The translations under genes were made by a program, and so were the position numbers. A stretch of 63,287 bases of DNA, counting the filler, from Phoronis australis (lineage: Eukaryota; Animalia; Phoronida): the NCBI GenBank assembly GCA_002633005.1. It is 7 parts of 7 records of this genome, joined end to end, with 100 filler letters (N's around TTAATTAATTAA, not from the genome) between each part and the next. Parts side by side here need not be neighbours in the genome. Positions count along the whole stretch, not along the records: positions 21,858 to 30,845 come from NMRA01001369.1; positions 30,946 to 35,930 come from NMRA01000093.1; positions 36,031 to 42,301 come from NMRA01002187.1; 4 more parts are not named here. One strand, written 5' to 3'. The notes beneath the pieces are model-generated. The model was given only the letters and a program-made list of their open reading frames with translations. It did not search any database and had not been told where the DNA came from. Positions 25,301 through 38,501 of this stretch are shown piece after piece. The stretch's first letter is position 1, and each line of letters starts with the position of its first letter.

Positions 25301-27625
25301 ATATATCTCGAGTATCCCAAATAACAGACCTACCAGTACCAACTGACATTTACTTTAATTCTTACTACAAATTACTTGTTCTATTCAGGACAAATTGAAG
25401 ACGAGTAAACCAGGTTTGTCTGGTTCATTTCTATAAGGCCAATTCATAAACCAGTTATATTCTAAAATCAGCATAACTTGTAAAGGTATATTTGCATATA
25501 CAATGCCATCCCTCAACTATCCAAGGGATTCTATCAGGGATGCCAACCTCAAATGTTTTTAGAGGGTGAACACGAAGATGTACAGTGTGAGTCTGATGCT
25601 CAATGAGTGAGACAGTGGCAGGCTTGCCATATGAAACAGGCTATAGTGACTTTCAATAGATACCCGGAATTAAACTAACAGCCCCCAAATATCGGCACAA
25701 GATCCTACATTTTTTCAACTTTCAAGATTCTGTGACGTTGTGAGTGCCCACACTTCTAAATTTTCCATTTCTAGGCCCCAGTTTCCAAAAATACACCATG
25801 TAAAAATATGTCATTTCCAAATATACAGTAAAATTTCAACAATTTTGGACAAAACAATTTCCAAAAATTGTCCTTTCATCATCTTTCAAAAGTTTGTAGG
25901 ATTGTTGTAAATGCCCAGTTTCTCAAAACAAAAACTGCCTAAAGTTTAGCTATGTTATATTGATAACGACTTCATTTTGTACTACATAACTTTTATAAAA
26001 AAATGGGAAAATAAAATTTCATTTATCTGCCAAATTGTGTCCTAAATTAGTGATTTTTTACATTACACCAGGGGGCTTACTATTAGAAATCCCTGGTAAA
26101 TAATAACAAAAAGCCACATAATTTTTCAATGTCTGCCATGGAGATGGACTACTTTCATACCAATGCACCCAGCCCGTTGAATTTTGAAAGCAATTTTGTT
26201 TGCAATAGAACACCTGTAACCTCATATCCAAAACATTACAATACCGTAATAACTTCAATATGCAGGTAAGAAGAAAAAGTAACCGATGCATACACACCAA
26301 AATGAATACAATAGTAAAATTCTTTTATCCGTAATAAAATAGAAAATTTGTTTCCAAAATAATTTAACGATAGTAATAATTTCAGTCACACGCCTGTAGT
26401 ACAGTAAATCTGAAGTCAGTTAATTTGAAGGTGCCTACCTTAAGCGTAGCATGTATGAGATGTAGAGCCAGTGACGTGTTCTCTTGCATCTCCTCAACTC
26501 AACACAGAGCAGTACTGCACTACCAGTTATAGCACACCAACCAATCATGTGACAAATATCACCTTGACACTTATCTGTCTTGAACCAATAAAACCACTCA
26601 ATGCAGTTTAATGAATTAAAAGTTAAAAAGTACAACACTAGGATTGGCCAAAGACAATAGCAGCCTATGTCAATATTATTTGTTTGCTTTTAAATAACTT
26701 TGTTTTATCTACATGGTCTAGACAGGCCAGGGGGGACAGTACAGTGCCTTCCAAGAGTTCTGTAAATGCAAACTTTGCATGACACTGGAATCTATAGAAA
26801 CTTATTTTTTGTGTGAATGCAATACCATACTATCTTTTTATTATTTCTGTAGTCAGAAATCTCTTTGTTCATCCCAGCAATGACACAATGGAAACTATAA
26901 CACTAAAAACCGCAACACTTAAACAAGTGCACTTTATTGACACACCAAACTAGTAGGTGGTGTGATGAACAGCAACACAAAAGCATTTACGTCAATCCAT
27001 TAGTGCTGACCTCAAACAGAACTATCTGTTGGTGGTGAACAAACTGTGGTAATTGCCAAAGTATTGCACAACATCACAGCAGTTTGAGTGTATACCCTTT
27101 TACAGTAACTACCACTTGACAAAAATACAAAGGGATACCTAGGCATTCAGAAGTCCATAATTTAGTTCTCAGCACAGTTTTGTGACACACCTGAAAATGA
27201 TGTATAACGAGATGCATCACCTCAANNNNNNNNNNNNNNNNNNNNNNNNNNNNNNNNNNNNNNNNNNNNNNNNNNNNNNNNNNNNNNNNNNNNNNNNNNN
27301 NNNNNNNNNNNNNNNNNNNNNNNNNNNNNNNNNNNNNNNNNNNNNNNNNNNNNNNNNNNNNNNNNNNNNNNNNNNNNNNNNNNNNNNNNNNNNNNNNNNN
27401 NNNNNNNNNNNNNNNNNNNNNNNNNNNNNNNNNNNNNNNNNNNNNNNNNNNNNNNNNNNNNNNNNNNNNNNNNNNNNNNNNNNNNNNNNNNNNNNNNNNN
27501 NNNNNNNNNNNNNNNNNNNNNNNNNNNNNNNNNNNNNNNNNNNNNNNNNNNNNNNNNNNNNNNNNNNNNNNNNNNNNNNNNNNNNNNNNNNNNNNNNNNN
27601 NNNNNNNNNNNNNNNNNNNNNNNNN

Positions 27626-27690
27626 TGTGTGTGTGTGTGTATTTGTGTGTGTGTGTGTGTGTGTGTTTGTGCGTGTGTGCGTGTGTGTGT
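27626..27690. repeat. (GT)n microsatellite next to a 400-N gap
   Basis: Imperfect GT run. Confidence 0.95.
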
Positions 27691-27899
27691 AAACATGACT
27701 GACACATCAGCAAGTTGACACCACAGTGGCCATTTTTGACACCATTTTGAGAGGTAGAGTAAGTTGCACTGGATCAGCTGCTCCAGTTTCAATTACACAT
27801 GTAAACTGGGACAAGGGGGAAGGTATCATCTCTATTTAACCCTTGCTTGCATAGTGAGTGGGATTCCCAAGCATTCCATGTGGTTTGGACTTTTGCTAT

Positions 27900-29050
27900 T
27901 GTTTATGCAAGCATGCACAGTCTTCCTGTAAATGACCATGTGGAGAATTTCTGGCTTACACTGGCCACTGCTCTGATTCCCTGAGCCCCAGACAACCTTG
28001 ATGATGATGTCCATTCAGCTCACCCTTAGATCTGAGCTAATCAAGTGGAAAGGTAATAGCTAGCACTACTGTCTCAACAATGATGGTTGTTATTACACCC
28101 AAATTGGTTTTCTCTGGCATTGGCACAGAATTACAGCCTGCCTGTGGAGAGTAGTTTTAACTTGGTACATTTTAAATATTACAAAATGACTAAAAAAGTT
28201 AATTTGTGTTTAATTTGACCCAAGTAACAATGGGTTTCATAATTTCATTTTTAATACTCCTGTGTACTTGTTTTTTTACCAGAAACAAGTTGATATCTTT
28301 TTATTTATAAACTTGAAATACCAAAACCCAAGGCAGTGATAGATTTTGATCGCCAGCAATTAGTTTAGTTAATTGAGTACTCATCCCAGAAATTTCTACT
28401 ACACGTGTCATTAATTCAAGTTTAATTTTTATTAGAACAAATCATAAATATATACAAAAGTGCAAATATGGTGATAGCCAAACTGAACATTTGGAATCTG
28501 GACAATTTCAGTTGTAGTGACTACATTACAATTCTAGCTTTTTGTCAATCATAAAAAATGAAGAGTGGGCACATGTTAATCACAATTGTTTCCTGGTAAA
28601 AAATCTGGTTAAACGAGATTGAAAAAATATTAAAAGAATAATCCATGTGCTATTGTTAACTTTGATCAGCGTTTGTAAATCCACCGAGTATATCAATAAG
28701 CACGGTCCTGTATCTTCATTCGTAATCAATGGTTGTAGTTTTTAGCTTATTAGTTCATCGATTTTTATATATTGAAAACCTCACTAGGTTGTTTTTTTCA
28801 GCTGAATACTGCCCAGGTTTTGGATTTTAATGAAAATCATTGGTTAATGCATTTTGAAAATTTGCCAGTGTGTGCAGGCAGAGATGTTTACTACAGTTTA
28901 TGGTCGGGTAATTACGCTTAATGGGTCTTGCTCCATCGGACAATGCGGTAATCACAACTGTATCGAACTCCAGCACCGCCCCTCTTTGATCCTGATAAAG
29001 CCGCTCAGGAGGACGATCAATCGATCCGTGAAAATTATCGCATATCTTTA
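27900..29050 (-). mobile_element. Dispersed Kolobok-like repeat, copy 2 (interrupted ~28080-28650)
   Basis: Reverse-complement homology to 9025-9540; ends cgcatatcttta at 29050. Confidence 0.6.
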
Positions 29051-29688
29051 GAAACGCTTGACTTCCTTATAAGTGAATTATTCATGGTATCACTCATGCT
29101 GGTCCTGTCTGCGGCTGTGTCTAAAAGTGGAGCAAGTCACACCCGCGGTGACAACTTGCACTGTGACAACTCAGTGCACCCAATTTGTGTAAAAACAACT
29201 AACAGTTAATGAGGGAGTACACTAGGAGAAATGAAAAGAGGAACTTAGAATTTAGGTTGACAACAAAAACAAGAATGTCCGAAAATGTCTCAAACACAGC
29301 CAAGACAACTTTGGTGATGATGCTGGCACTGACCGAAACAACCAATGAGGCAGTCAGCAATTCGATGACAGGACACTACACATTACTGCAAATCACATTC
29401 ACAGATGATGAGTGTTCATGATGCGTTTAAATCGCTTGAGCAAGTACATAGAAGAGGCATTTTCATTGGTCCGTAATGTGTAATCCATACTTCGTTTATT
29501 TAAAACGAATTGTGCAGTGATGATGTCACATACATTGACTAATGAGATGTCTGAAAATTTATCAGATGAATACGGTAGCAAACATCAGCCAATTTGTCAT
29601 GTAGTCACTTTGATTATTCTTCGAAAACGAAAACGCATCATGTGGTACTGACAAATGGAAACATGAAAAGGCATAATGTTCATCACAA

Positions 29689-29935
29689 AGAGTATATACC
29701 ATATGTACATGCAACAGTATTATGAGGGATATACCATATGTACATGCATCAATATTGTGAAGGTATATACCATATGCGCATGCATCAATATTATAAGGGC
29801 ATATATCATATGCACATGCATCAACATTATGAGGGATATACCATATGTATATGCATCAATATTATGAGGGATATACCATATGTATATGCATCAATATTAT
29901 GAGGGATATACCATATATACATGCATCAGTATTAT
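29689..29935. repeat. 35-bp minisatellite, ~7 copies
   Basis: Unit gagggatataccatatgtacatgcatcaatattat. Confidence 0.92.
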
Positions 29936-30845
29936 GCTTCACACACTTAATGGGGAAACAAGTCACAAGCTGGGTGACATACTTCAGGCATCCCTGACAA
30001 TCACACCAAGCAATGGCACTGACGTCACTGCTTCACCAACGACAACACTTTGACTGACAACGATGTCGCTAACAGTGAAAATAACACACCTTTCACTGAA
30101 GACGTCACTGAAGATGGTAACATTCAATGTGAATCCATTTTTCATCCACGGTTTGAGATTTTTAATTGCTGAAGTAAGAAACATGCATTTTGCACTTCTA
30201 AAAATTTTAAAAGTCAGCAGGTTTTCTCAAAATTAAGAGCGTTATAATTCACAGTCTTTTTTGCTTCAAGGGCTGTAACTGGTCCCCCTTATACTTACTG
30301 GAGAGAAATTCCATTTGAGTAACAGGTCTGCAACCTTAATGTTGCCTTGTAGTAAACAAATCTCCAGAGTTCTGCAAAATTTTCTTTTTCCTCACTGCAT
30401 AACATATCACACTTCGCAGTGGAAATTAACTGAAGATAAAGATGAGGTATTTTGCTAGATGTATGTAGAATATTACAAAAAGGGACATTTTCTTAAACTA
30501 GGTTCGACATATGTATCATCAAAACTGTTAAAAGTTATCCCATGAATAAATTTAAAACTCGCATCATCAGTTAAAAAAACAACTTCTGATTCAGACCACT
30601 TACCATTATACAATTGGTCTGGTCTTCCTCACAAAGGTTAAAATGATTTCTAGGCCTGAACACAATTGACAGTACTTTAAATGCTTCTGAGGAGAGAGCA
30701 TAATAACATACCTGTCACGATAGGTTAGTTTCAGCTTCCCAAGCAGTGTGGATGGCAGAATTCCAAACATTTTACTGAACCAATCTCAATTCAAACAAAG
30801 CATATGGTGATTTGTGGGGGTGGGGTGCTGTGTCCTCCCCTACTA

Positions 30846-30945
30846 NNNNNNNNNNNNNNNNNNNNNNNNNNNNNNNNNNNNNNNNNNNNTTAATTAATTA
30901 ANNNNNNNNNNNNNNNNNNNNNNNNNNNNNNNNNNNNNNNNNNNN
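30846..30945. other. Artificial contig linker
   Basis: N44-TTAATTAATTAA-N44. Confidence 0.97.
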
Positions 30946-31070
30946 GAGATTGAAGAGTGGTGAGATTGAAGAGTGGTGAGATTGAAGAGTGGTGAGATTG
31001 AAGAGTGGTGAGATTGAATAGTGGTGAGATTGAAGAGTGGTGAGATTGATGAGTGATGAGATTGAAGAGT
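30946..31070. repeat. 16-bp minisatellite, ~8 copies, truncated by linker
   Basis: Unit gagattgaagagtggt. Confidence 0.95.
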
Positions 31071-34000
31071 CCGCTCCCACATGATAAATTTTTAGAAATA
31101 CTTGCTGTGTAAAGTTGGAAAGCATAGGCACATTTGGTTCATTGTAAACTTGGTGAAGTTAACCATTTGAACCTTGAAAGTGTCATGTATCAGTGTGTTA
31201 AAAACATGCTTAAAAATAATTGGAATTGCGGATTTGAATCTTACAAAGGAGCTGATGTTTACCTGGTAGTTCTAACATGGTTTGTCTATGGTTAAGACTG
31301 TGAGCATGAAATTAAGTTGCGCTTTCAAAACAAGCCAAGTTACTGCTTTTCCAGACTGGGAGTCTTGCCAGCTAGACATCAGCCTCCGGTCAAATCGATG
31401 TTTCCATGGAATTAGGTATTGCAATTACAGTGGTCTCCAGTGAATCACAGCTTTATTCAAAGTGTGTTCTCATTTGATGCTTCTTTCACAACTCATTCAA
31501 TTCGCCGTATTACAGTAGTTTTCAAAATTAACTGGATATTGTCGACATTCGATGATGATTGGAGATACAAAACTTTGATGAAATATCCATTTCTTTTCGA
31601 TTAGAAAAAGTTGCAATTCAAGCTAAATCTTGTGAAAATCTTAAGAAGGGGTGATCCACACTCTATTGTCAAAGTTGCGACAAATTATCTCGCAAACTCA
31701 TTTAAACAATAAACAATTAGCTGCTAAGTACACAATTTCACATTAAAATCTTATCAAAATTGTAAGAAAATGCCCTCAGATTGATTTTTATAAGGTTCGT
31801 CCTGAGTGCCAAATAAGTTTGGCAAGAAGTATTTGTCAGACAGTTGTCTGGTTTATTTTGAAAATTGGTCAGAGTACTTTCTGAACCATTAAGTTGCTAA
31901 GAACACATTTGATGCTTAAATTATTTTTGAATGTTCATTGTTAAGAAAGTCTTCTTTCAGTTTTCTGCCAGGTTTCTTTCTTTGTCCTTGTTTTTGGAAC
32001 TTTTATATTTTATGATTTAATATGAATGCCTAACACTGAGTTATCTTGTTAGCACCTCTAGGGTAATACATCTCCTTAAGAATTCAGAATAAATGAGAAT
32101 TGTTTTTATGTTTGGTTGGAGAGAAGAGTTATTTTGCGTGATGAAATTACATTTCTACATTTTCAGATGCTGCCAGCTTGCAATTTCATCTCATTCAGCG
32201 ACTGTATATTCTCATACATTAAAAAATTACCGAAAAGACCCTGTTTTACAGGAAATTTATTAAATTTTAATTAATTGATATTTTAATCATGTTGTTGTTA
32301 AATGGATTATGAAGGAGCGTAGAAAAAATGTCTCAGAAGTAAGTTTTGGCAGTTTTGGGAATTTCGATAATTTTATTGTGGAACTTGGTGATAATTTGTT
32401 ATCGATTTTTGTCACTTAACGCCAGATCATTCTGCCTGCAAATGTCTCAAGGTAATTAGATTCAGATCATTTTGCTTTACTTTGTCTTTGATGGCAATAA
32501 AACAATCAATGTTATCTGGGGCACGGTCCATTAGTCAGGCTTGTTAATAATCCTAAAATGTGTTTACCCGTGGTTCAATGATATCATTTTCATGTTTGAA
32601 CAAACATTTTAGCTTTTGATGTGCCCAAGTTGCAGAAACTGTGAACGGATTCTCAGGGATTTCATTGTCAAAGTTTTCCATGATTTCACTTACTGGAGTG
32701 ATGGCTGAAATGGGTCTGTGTTAAAGTACTGATGACCTTGTTTCTTAGGTTATATAGGGCCCTAGAAAAATGTCCAAATTTGGCAAACTTCGGAATATCA
32801 CATCTCAGAAATGGCTGTTCAGATTCATGCTTTGTTCAATTTTCTCCAAAACGGTGTTAGGAATTGTATTCAAAATGTTTCATTTTAGACTGAGGGGATA
32901 TTTAACAACTTTAAAGTTACATGAAACGAAAATCGAATGTATTAAATTGTAATAGTGTTTTTAGATTTCATCTTAAATATCAAATCAAATTTGATCATAT
33001 TTTTGATGTCATTATTTCGCTGTCAATGTACCTTTCTTTTTGCTAAATTTTACTTTTAAGACATGATCATGTGACCCAATTAAATAAATAGATGGATAAA
33101 TGGTCAAAAATTAAGTTCTACTGTCTTTCAGAAAATATACACTTTTTCTGAGTTAAAATCTACTGTTTTGTAGACATTTGACTAAATCTGCGGGCCCGTC
33201 AACATGGTCCTACATATTATATTTTTGATTTAATGACAGTATTTTTGCTTTTCTGTTGATCTGTGAAAATCAGGTTGTGCATGTCTGTGCTATAAGCCAG
33301 CACTAACATCAATATGACTTGTACCAACCTGAAATTTAAGATATTGTAAGCACTGCACAATGTAATCAGCTCAGGGACTCCCAGAACTGTATGCTAAACA
33401 AGCTCTGTGACCATTGAAAACATGAGAAGTGTGATCTAGTACTAGGGCACAATTTTAGTAACGTTCAATTTTTAAATTTTATATTCTAAGGTTAGAACTT
33501 GATTTTAATTCCGTAAGCATATTTTTGCTTATTGTTTGTCAAAATGGTAAAACCCAGGAGTTACATTCATATCAGACACACAAGAGTCAAAATGGACATA
33601 GTAAGAGACTACTGGAAGGTGTTTTTCTGCCTCAAAAAGCATGGTTCCACTGAAACTCTGACTTTGCAGTATTCAGATGTATGCGAGCGCCGTACGTTTT
33701 GGAAGCTTCACCTTTTTATGTGAAATTGACAGTTCATCATCTGAGAAAAAATCTGGAGTATTTTTGGTCATCTTGACCAGTGAATACAGTCCATTTTATT
33801 TTTCAATTTACAACATAATCATTTTATACTGAAATAATAATTACCTGCCTGTTTGAATTTGTTGTTGCTCTGTGTCAGACAAACATTGAGATCAAAGTAT
33901 GCCACACTTTGTTAATTAAAACCAGATCAGACTTTAATTGAGCTAATTAGTATGTATAGCTACCATTTCCTCGTGAAATTAGCTAATTGCTAGCAATCTA

Positions 34001-35236
34001 AGACTGGTGATTCCAATTATCATATATACATTGTACACATATGGATAAGCAGACATTAGTTGTATCATGATTATATCATAGTCAAGTTGACCAAACATTT
34101 GATTTTGTGGAACAGTCCTTTTTGTCCATCATGAACCTCACTCTTGCTCAAGTGGTTTCTTTTTGCAGGTATCATTTTATAAAAGCATGTCTATACGTCA
34201 GTTAACAGGGTCCAGTTTGGAAGACCTAATGGCCATGTTAGCATGTTTTTTCCATGTTCGATTCGATTTTTCGAGGGAGGGTTACATTTTCACATTGTGT
34301 GATGTAATCTGCTATGTCAGTACGGTAATTAGGGATTGGTTATGGCCACCTCTTTCAGTTTATCAAAACACCTAAAACCACAGTTGAATCTGTATTAAAT
34401 GTTCACATTCAATATGCTTGACCCCATCAGGTTTACATTCCTGTTTTGGTCACTGACAGCAGTTTTCATTATCTGTTCTGCATTGCCCTAGTCTTAGAAT
34501 CTGAGTGCAATGCCTATTATTCAAGACATAAAAATGGTGTGATTGAGACTGTATTTATATGCACAGGGTTAACCAATCACTAAGTGAGTTGAAGTTTTAT
34601 GTGCCACTGATATCATGGTACTATATATAGTCAAGTCTATGCTGTGTTCAGGTACTATAGTCAAGTCTATGTTGTGTTCAGGCCTACTAAACAAGGTTGT
34701 ACCTCTTTCAGTCTATAGTTAAATAACTGTTATGCAATCCATTCACACCTACAGTTAAAATTATTGTGTCCTAAGTTTTAGTTGCTTATCATCAGTGCCA
34801 TCATTTTCCAATGGGAGGCTTTCAAATAGCAACTTGGCCACTGCTCATGTGGGACCAGATACCAGTAGCCTCCAGAGAGCAAGGAGAACTTCAATAACTT
34901 TTGTTTAAAACACATTCTGTTTAATCACATACACCATAAAAGGGGGTTTTCACAAAGTCAAAATTTCTCTATACGCTATACCTGCAAAGTAACTTCTTGT
35001 TCAGCTAGGTGGCGATATGAGTCACCGGTCCGACATAATCAACTCCGATTGCTTCCTGAAGGTTTCGCATTCACCGCAGTTAGTACTTGGATGCGCCATT
35101 GTTTGCGACGAGATTTAACAACAGCGCCACCTAAGTTATAGCTTTTGTAACTCTGCTGTTTTCCTACTGAGTTACAGACCTCTTGCTAAACTACGATCAC
35201 AGAGAATTATAACTGCATTTCTGTTACAATCAACTT

Positions 35237-35930
35237 TTAAGGGCGAAGGCAACCTTTTTCCATGTCATTTTGAGCTAAAATAAGGTTGGTTGGTTATCCT
35301 AGACATATTTTCCACTTAATTACAGCTTTTCGTAATTTTATAGATTACTCGTCCGCTACTCCGGAAGTGACGTTTTAGGAGGCAAGCGTTTCCCGCCACT
35401 TGGTTTTGCGTTGACTTTACCATGCGAATCTGTTCTATTCTACTTTTGTTTTGTGCTGTTTTTCAACAATTGTCGCCACCACTTTCTACCGGCGAGTATT
35501 CTGCGGCAAGATAGGTTAGTAGAGAACTCAACTACGTTGGATTTAGGGTTTGTTTAGTGTGTTGTGAGCTGAAAATGGCTGGAGTCGGTGACCCGTATCA
35601 CAGTGACAGTAGTGTGAGTGACGGAGACCTTTTTCACAGCAGTGGTGACGAGGAATTTTTTCATGGACATTCAGTGGGTGGGTACATGTTTGAGCCCGAG
35701 TATAACGAGGCAGAGTACGCACAGGCACAGGCAGCTGTTGAGAGAAACGAGGCGGCTACAGACGTGGTGACACATCTTGGTGCAAATGCACTGTGTGCGT
35801 TGTTATGCCTACCTCAATGGAATGCTTGTGCTGTTCAGAGTTCGACGAGGCCAAGCCACTACTGGACATGGTTAAGTGGACCTCCAGCATACCACGGACA
35901 GAGGAACAACTGTCCCACTTGCCAGAGTGT
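35237..35930 (+). mobile_element. Kolobok element end carrying a frameshifted KolX / P2X7-ballast-like ORF
   Basis: TTAA then GGGCGAAGGCAACC terminus. ATG 35575 gives an acidic N-terminus with GYMFEPEY; after a frameshift (~35755) it reads RRGDTSWCKCTVCVVMPTSMECLCCSE, matching the recalled PYxFEP...WCxCxxCxxMPTxxExxCCxE signature. Truncated by linker. Confidence 0.75.
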
Positions 35931-36030
35931 NNNNNNNNNNNNNNNNNNNNNNNNNNNNNNNNNNNNNNNNNNNNTTAATTAATTAANNNNNNNNNNNNNN
36001 NNNNNNNNNNNNNNNNNNNNNNNNNNNNNN
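35931..36030. other. Artificial contig linker
   Basis: N44-TTAATTAATTAA-N44. Confidence 0.97.
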
Positions 36031-36104
36031 TGGTTGTGACTGGCCCAGTTGTTGCTGTAACTGCTGTTGTAAGTTTTCTCTGGCTTGCTGAGTGGCCGAG
36101 GAGA
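36031..36104 (-). CDS. NELFA: NELF-A internal exon (Q-rich), truncated by linker
   Basis: Acceptor ctatag; phase 1 joins the previous exon to read (I)SSATQQARENLQQQLQQQLGQSQP. Confidence 0.65.
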
Positions 36105-36864
36105 CTATAGATGCTATTTTGGGAGAAAAAGTAAAGAGGTCAGACAAGGCAGTAAAGGCTCTCCACCATGAACCTGATTGTAACAATCAGCCACTGTACA
36201 CACCATGAACATGCTAGAGTTATGTCACCATTAGGGCAACCTACCATACTCGTCCAGGTTACTGCCCACGGCGCTTAAATCAATTCTGGCGGTAAGCCGA
36301 GCATGGGCGGTAACCAGGACAGGTACGGAAAGTAATGGTGTACCAGCCTGCATGAAGACGGCCTCATCTTAGCAGAATCAGGAGAAGGGGATAATGGATA
36401 AAATGTCAATTCTATCCAAAACGACCAGAAACGGACATTACAGTACACACTAAAATCGGCCAAAACAGTGTGAATTCACAGTTGCGATCGCTGAACGTAG
36501 GCAGAATTCCCCGCGAAGTGCAAGCAGGTAATTCGCTGTCCTGACTGTAAAGTAACTGGAATGGCAAGTCATAACAGTGATTGCCTACCATAATGTGGAA
36601 ATGGAATTCTGTCCTATTACTTCTGAGGTGCGTGTGTGGCACAGGCACAGGCACAGAAAACTTATTTTTGATGTCCATGTATTATACCACAGCCACAAAA
36701 AACTAATTCGCCAGTAGTCAGCACAGCCTGTTGAAGTCATCATGTAGTCCAATCTGTCATCAATACATGCAGACTCAAAATGACTGTACACTACATTCTA
36801 GATACAGTTGAGAACGATCAATATGAAGGTTTACAAGCTCACAGACAGTATCTCCTGCACTTAC

Positions 36865-36940
36865 TGGGGAGGGTAGCTGATCCTCCGATGCTTGGATTTG
36901 GTAAGCGATTTACAGTGGCAGGGAGATAGCTTGGACCAGA
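36865..36940 (-). CDS. NELFA: NELF-A internal exon
   Basis: tttcag...|gtaagt. SGPSYLPATVNRLPNPSIGGSATLP (SYLP as recalled from human NELFA). Phase 0 to 1, consistent with neighbours. Confidence 0.75.
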
Positions 36941-38063
36941 CTGAAACACAAAATGGATTAAACAAATCTTAGACTAGTTTGTAAACCAAACTCTCACAAA
37001 GAATTTTAACATTTAAACAAGGTAAATGTTCGTAAGCAAAACTGTTTGGAGTGAGTTAGTCATGCATAATACCCGTTACGTTGAAATCTAAACATCAAGA
37101 AAGTGATTGGAGATTTTCAGTAATTGCTTAATATCATACAAGATGAGTGAACATGACAAAAAGATTCAATTAACTTCTAGGTCACTATTTTCAGAAATAG
37201 TTCATGAATTTCACCAAAAATCCTACCATAGACTAAGGAAGGCATAAAATTGTAAAGGAAATTAAGAAAAATATAGAATTAGCCATAACTTTTTATCCCA
37301 AAACTTTCCCCTCTCATCGTTTATTAACACTGCAGTACCGTGATACTAACTTTCGTATTAATATTTACAAATCAGGATTATTATACGACTTTCCTTTCAT
37401 TAACTGTGACACAATCCTAAACTGTATTTGCCACATTGTAGAAATTCCGTCAGTAGTCGGATATGTAACATGCCCGTACTTTGAGAACCAGTTTTATGCC
37501 TGTTATTCAGTGGAGGAAACTTGTTCTCAAAACTCGACCAATACCGAAAAGAAGTTTCAAAATATTTTCCACTAGGTCAGAATATGATAAACAACTTGGA
37601 AAAGCTAAACTGTTGAAAAATAGTATAGACGTAGAATATAATTTAGAAATCATGCCAGATGTCTTTTTGGACAACATCCTTGCAACTATTCAAAAATGGG
37701 ACTCACAAAAATATTGAGAACATAAATTTTTCTTCTCTAATCAATACTTACAAAAAAAAACTCTTCTATTTGGGGCGAATATAATTGCTAAAATCACCTT
37801 ACAATTTCTATTTTTCAGAGACTTACCATAGTGTTGCGAATGTTCAAAATTTTACCAAATGTTATTTGGTAATAGCTATGACATACAAACCATGCTAAAA
37901 GCAAAGTAAATTTACCTGAAGTTATTTTTGTTGAGAAGTTTGGCAAAATGAAATTTCACTGGTCCAACATATTGTACACCAAACTGAAGAAGTTTAACTG
38001 TACTGCATTTACGTAAGGTTTGTCACAGACAAGAAATGTATAAAGTTTTGTTAAAAATAATAC

Positions 38064-38146
38064 CGAAGGCATCAAGCCAGCCGCATAGTCTGGTGTGGTA
38101 ACTGCTGCCTCTTTCTCCTTCTTCTGTTGTTCTGCAGCATCAGCTT
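38064..38146 (-). CDS. NELFA: NELF-A internal exon
   Basis: ctttag...|gtatt. EADAAEQQKKEKEAAVTTPDYAAGLMPS contains the conserved TPDYAAGL. Confidence 0.9.
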
Positions 38147-38334
38147 CTAAAGAGGAAGAACACAAGTAAATAATAAACATCGTCATAATAATAATCAATA
38201 ATAATAATTAATGGAATAGAAACTTCATTTCATGAGGATAAAATGCAAATCACGATAGTCCAGAGCTTGTTAAAAGTGTTGTCAAATGAACACTAGTTAA
38301 ACACAGCAGGTGTCCTGATAAGACAACTACTTAA

Positions 38335-38444
38335 CCAGAGAATTATGTGTGCACATGCTTATACTGACAATTATGTATGTACACGCTAAACCTGACAATT
38401 ATGTGTGCACGTGCATATCCTGAGAATTATGTGCACATGCTTAC
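38335..38444. repeat. ~28-30-bp tandem repeat (4 units) starting at a NELF-A splice donor
   Basis: Unit ctga(c/g)aattatgtgtgcacatgctta. Confidence 0.8.
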
Positions 38445-38501
38445 CCTGCTGTTTTCTCCTCCTTTTTGCTTCTTTGGCACCAAGAGGCATTTCAGTGATA
38501 T
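38445..38501 (-). CDS. NELFA: NELF-A internal exon
   Basis: ttttag...|gtaag. DITEMPLGAKEAKRRRKQQ (human, recalled: DISELDMVGAGREAKRRRK). Confidence 0.9.

Noticed and set aside
27182-27792. Long ORFs spanning N runs (also 60984-61955 and 30894-31131)
   Set aside because: Artefacts of N translation and microsatellites.
29689-29935. CRISPR-like 35-bp periodicity (also 51523-51627)
   Set aside because: Head-to-tail repeats with no unique spacers and no cas genes; eukaryotic minisatellites.
35006-35133. Inverted TAGGTGGCG pair and other CTCF-like words (39817, 41056, 54291)
   Set aside because: Short, imperfect motif matches cannot be supported without ChIP data.
36230-36790. Several short minus-strand ORFs in a NELF-A intron
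   Set aside because: The flanking exons already join in phase; no recognisable domain.
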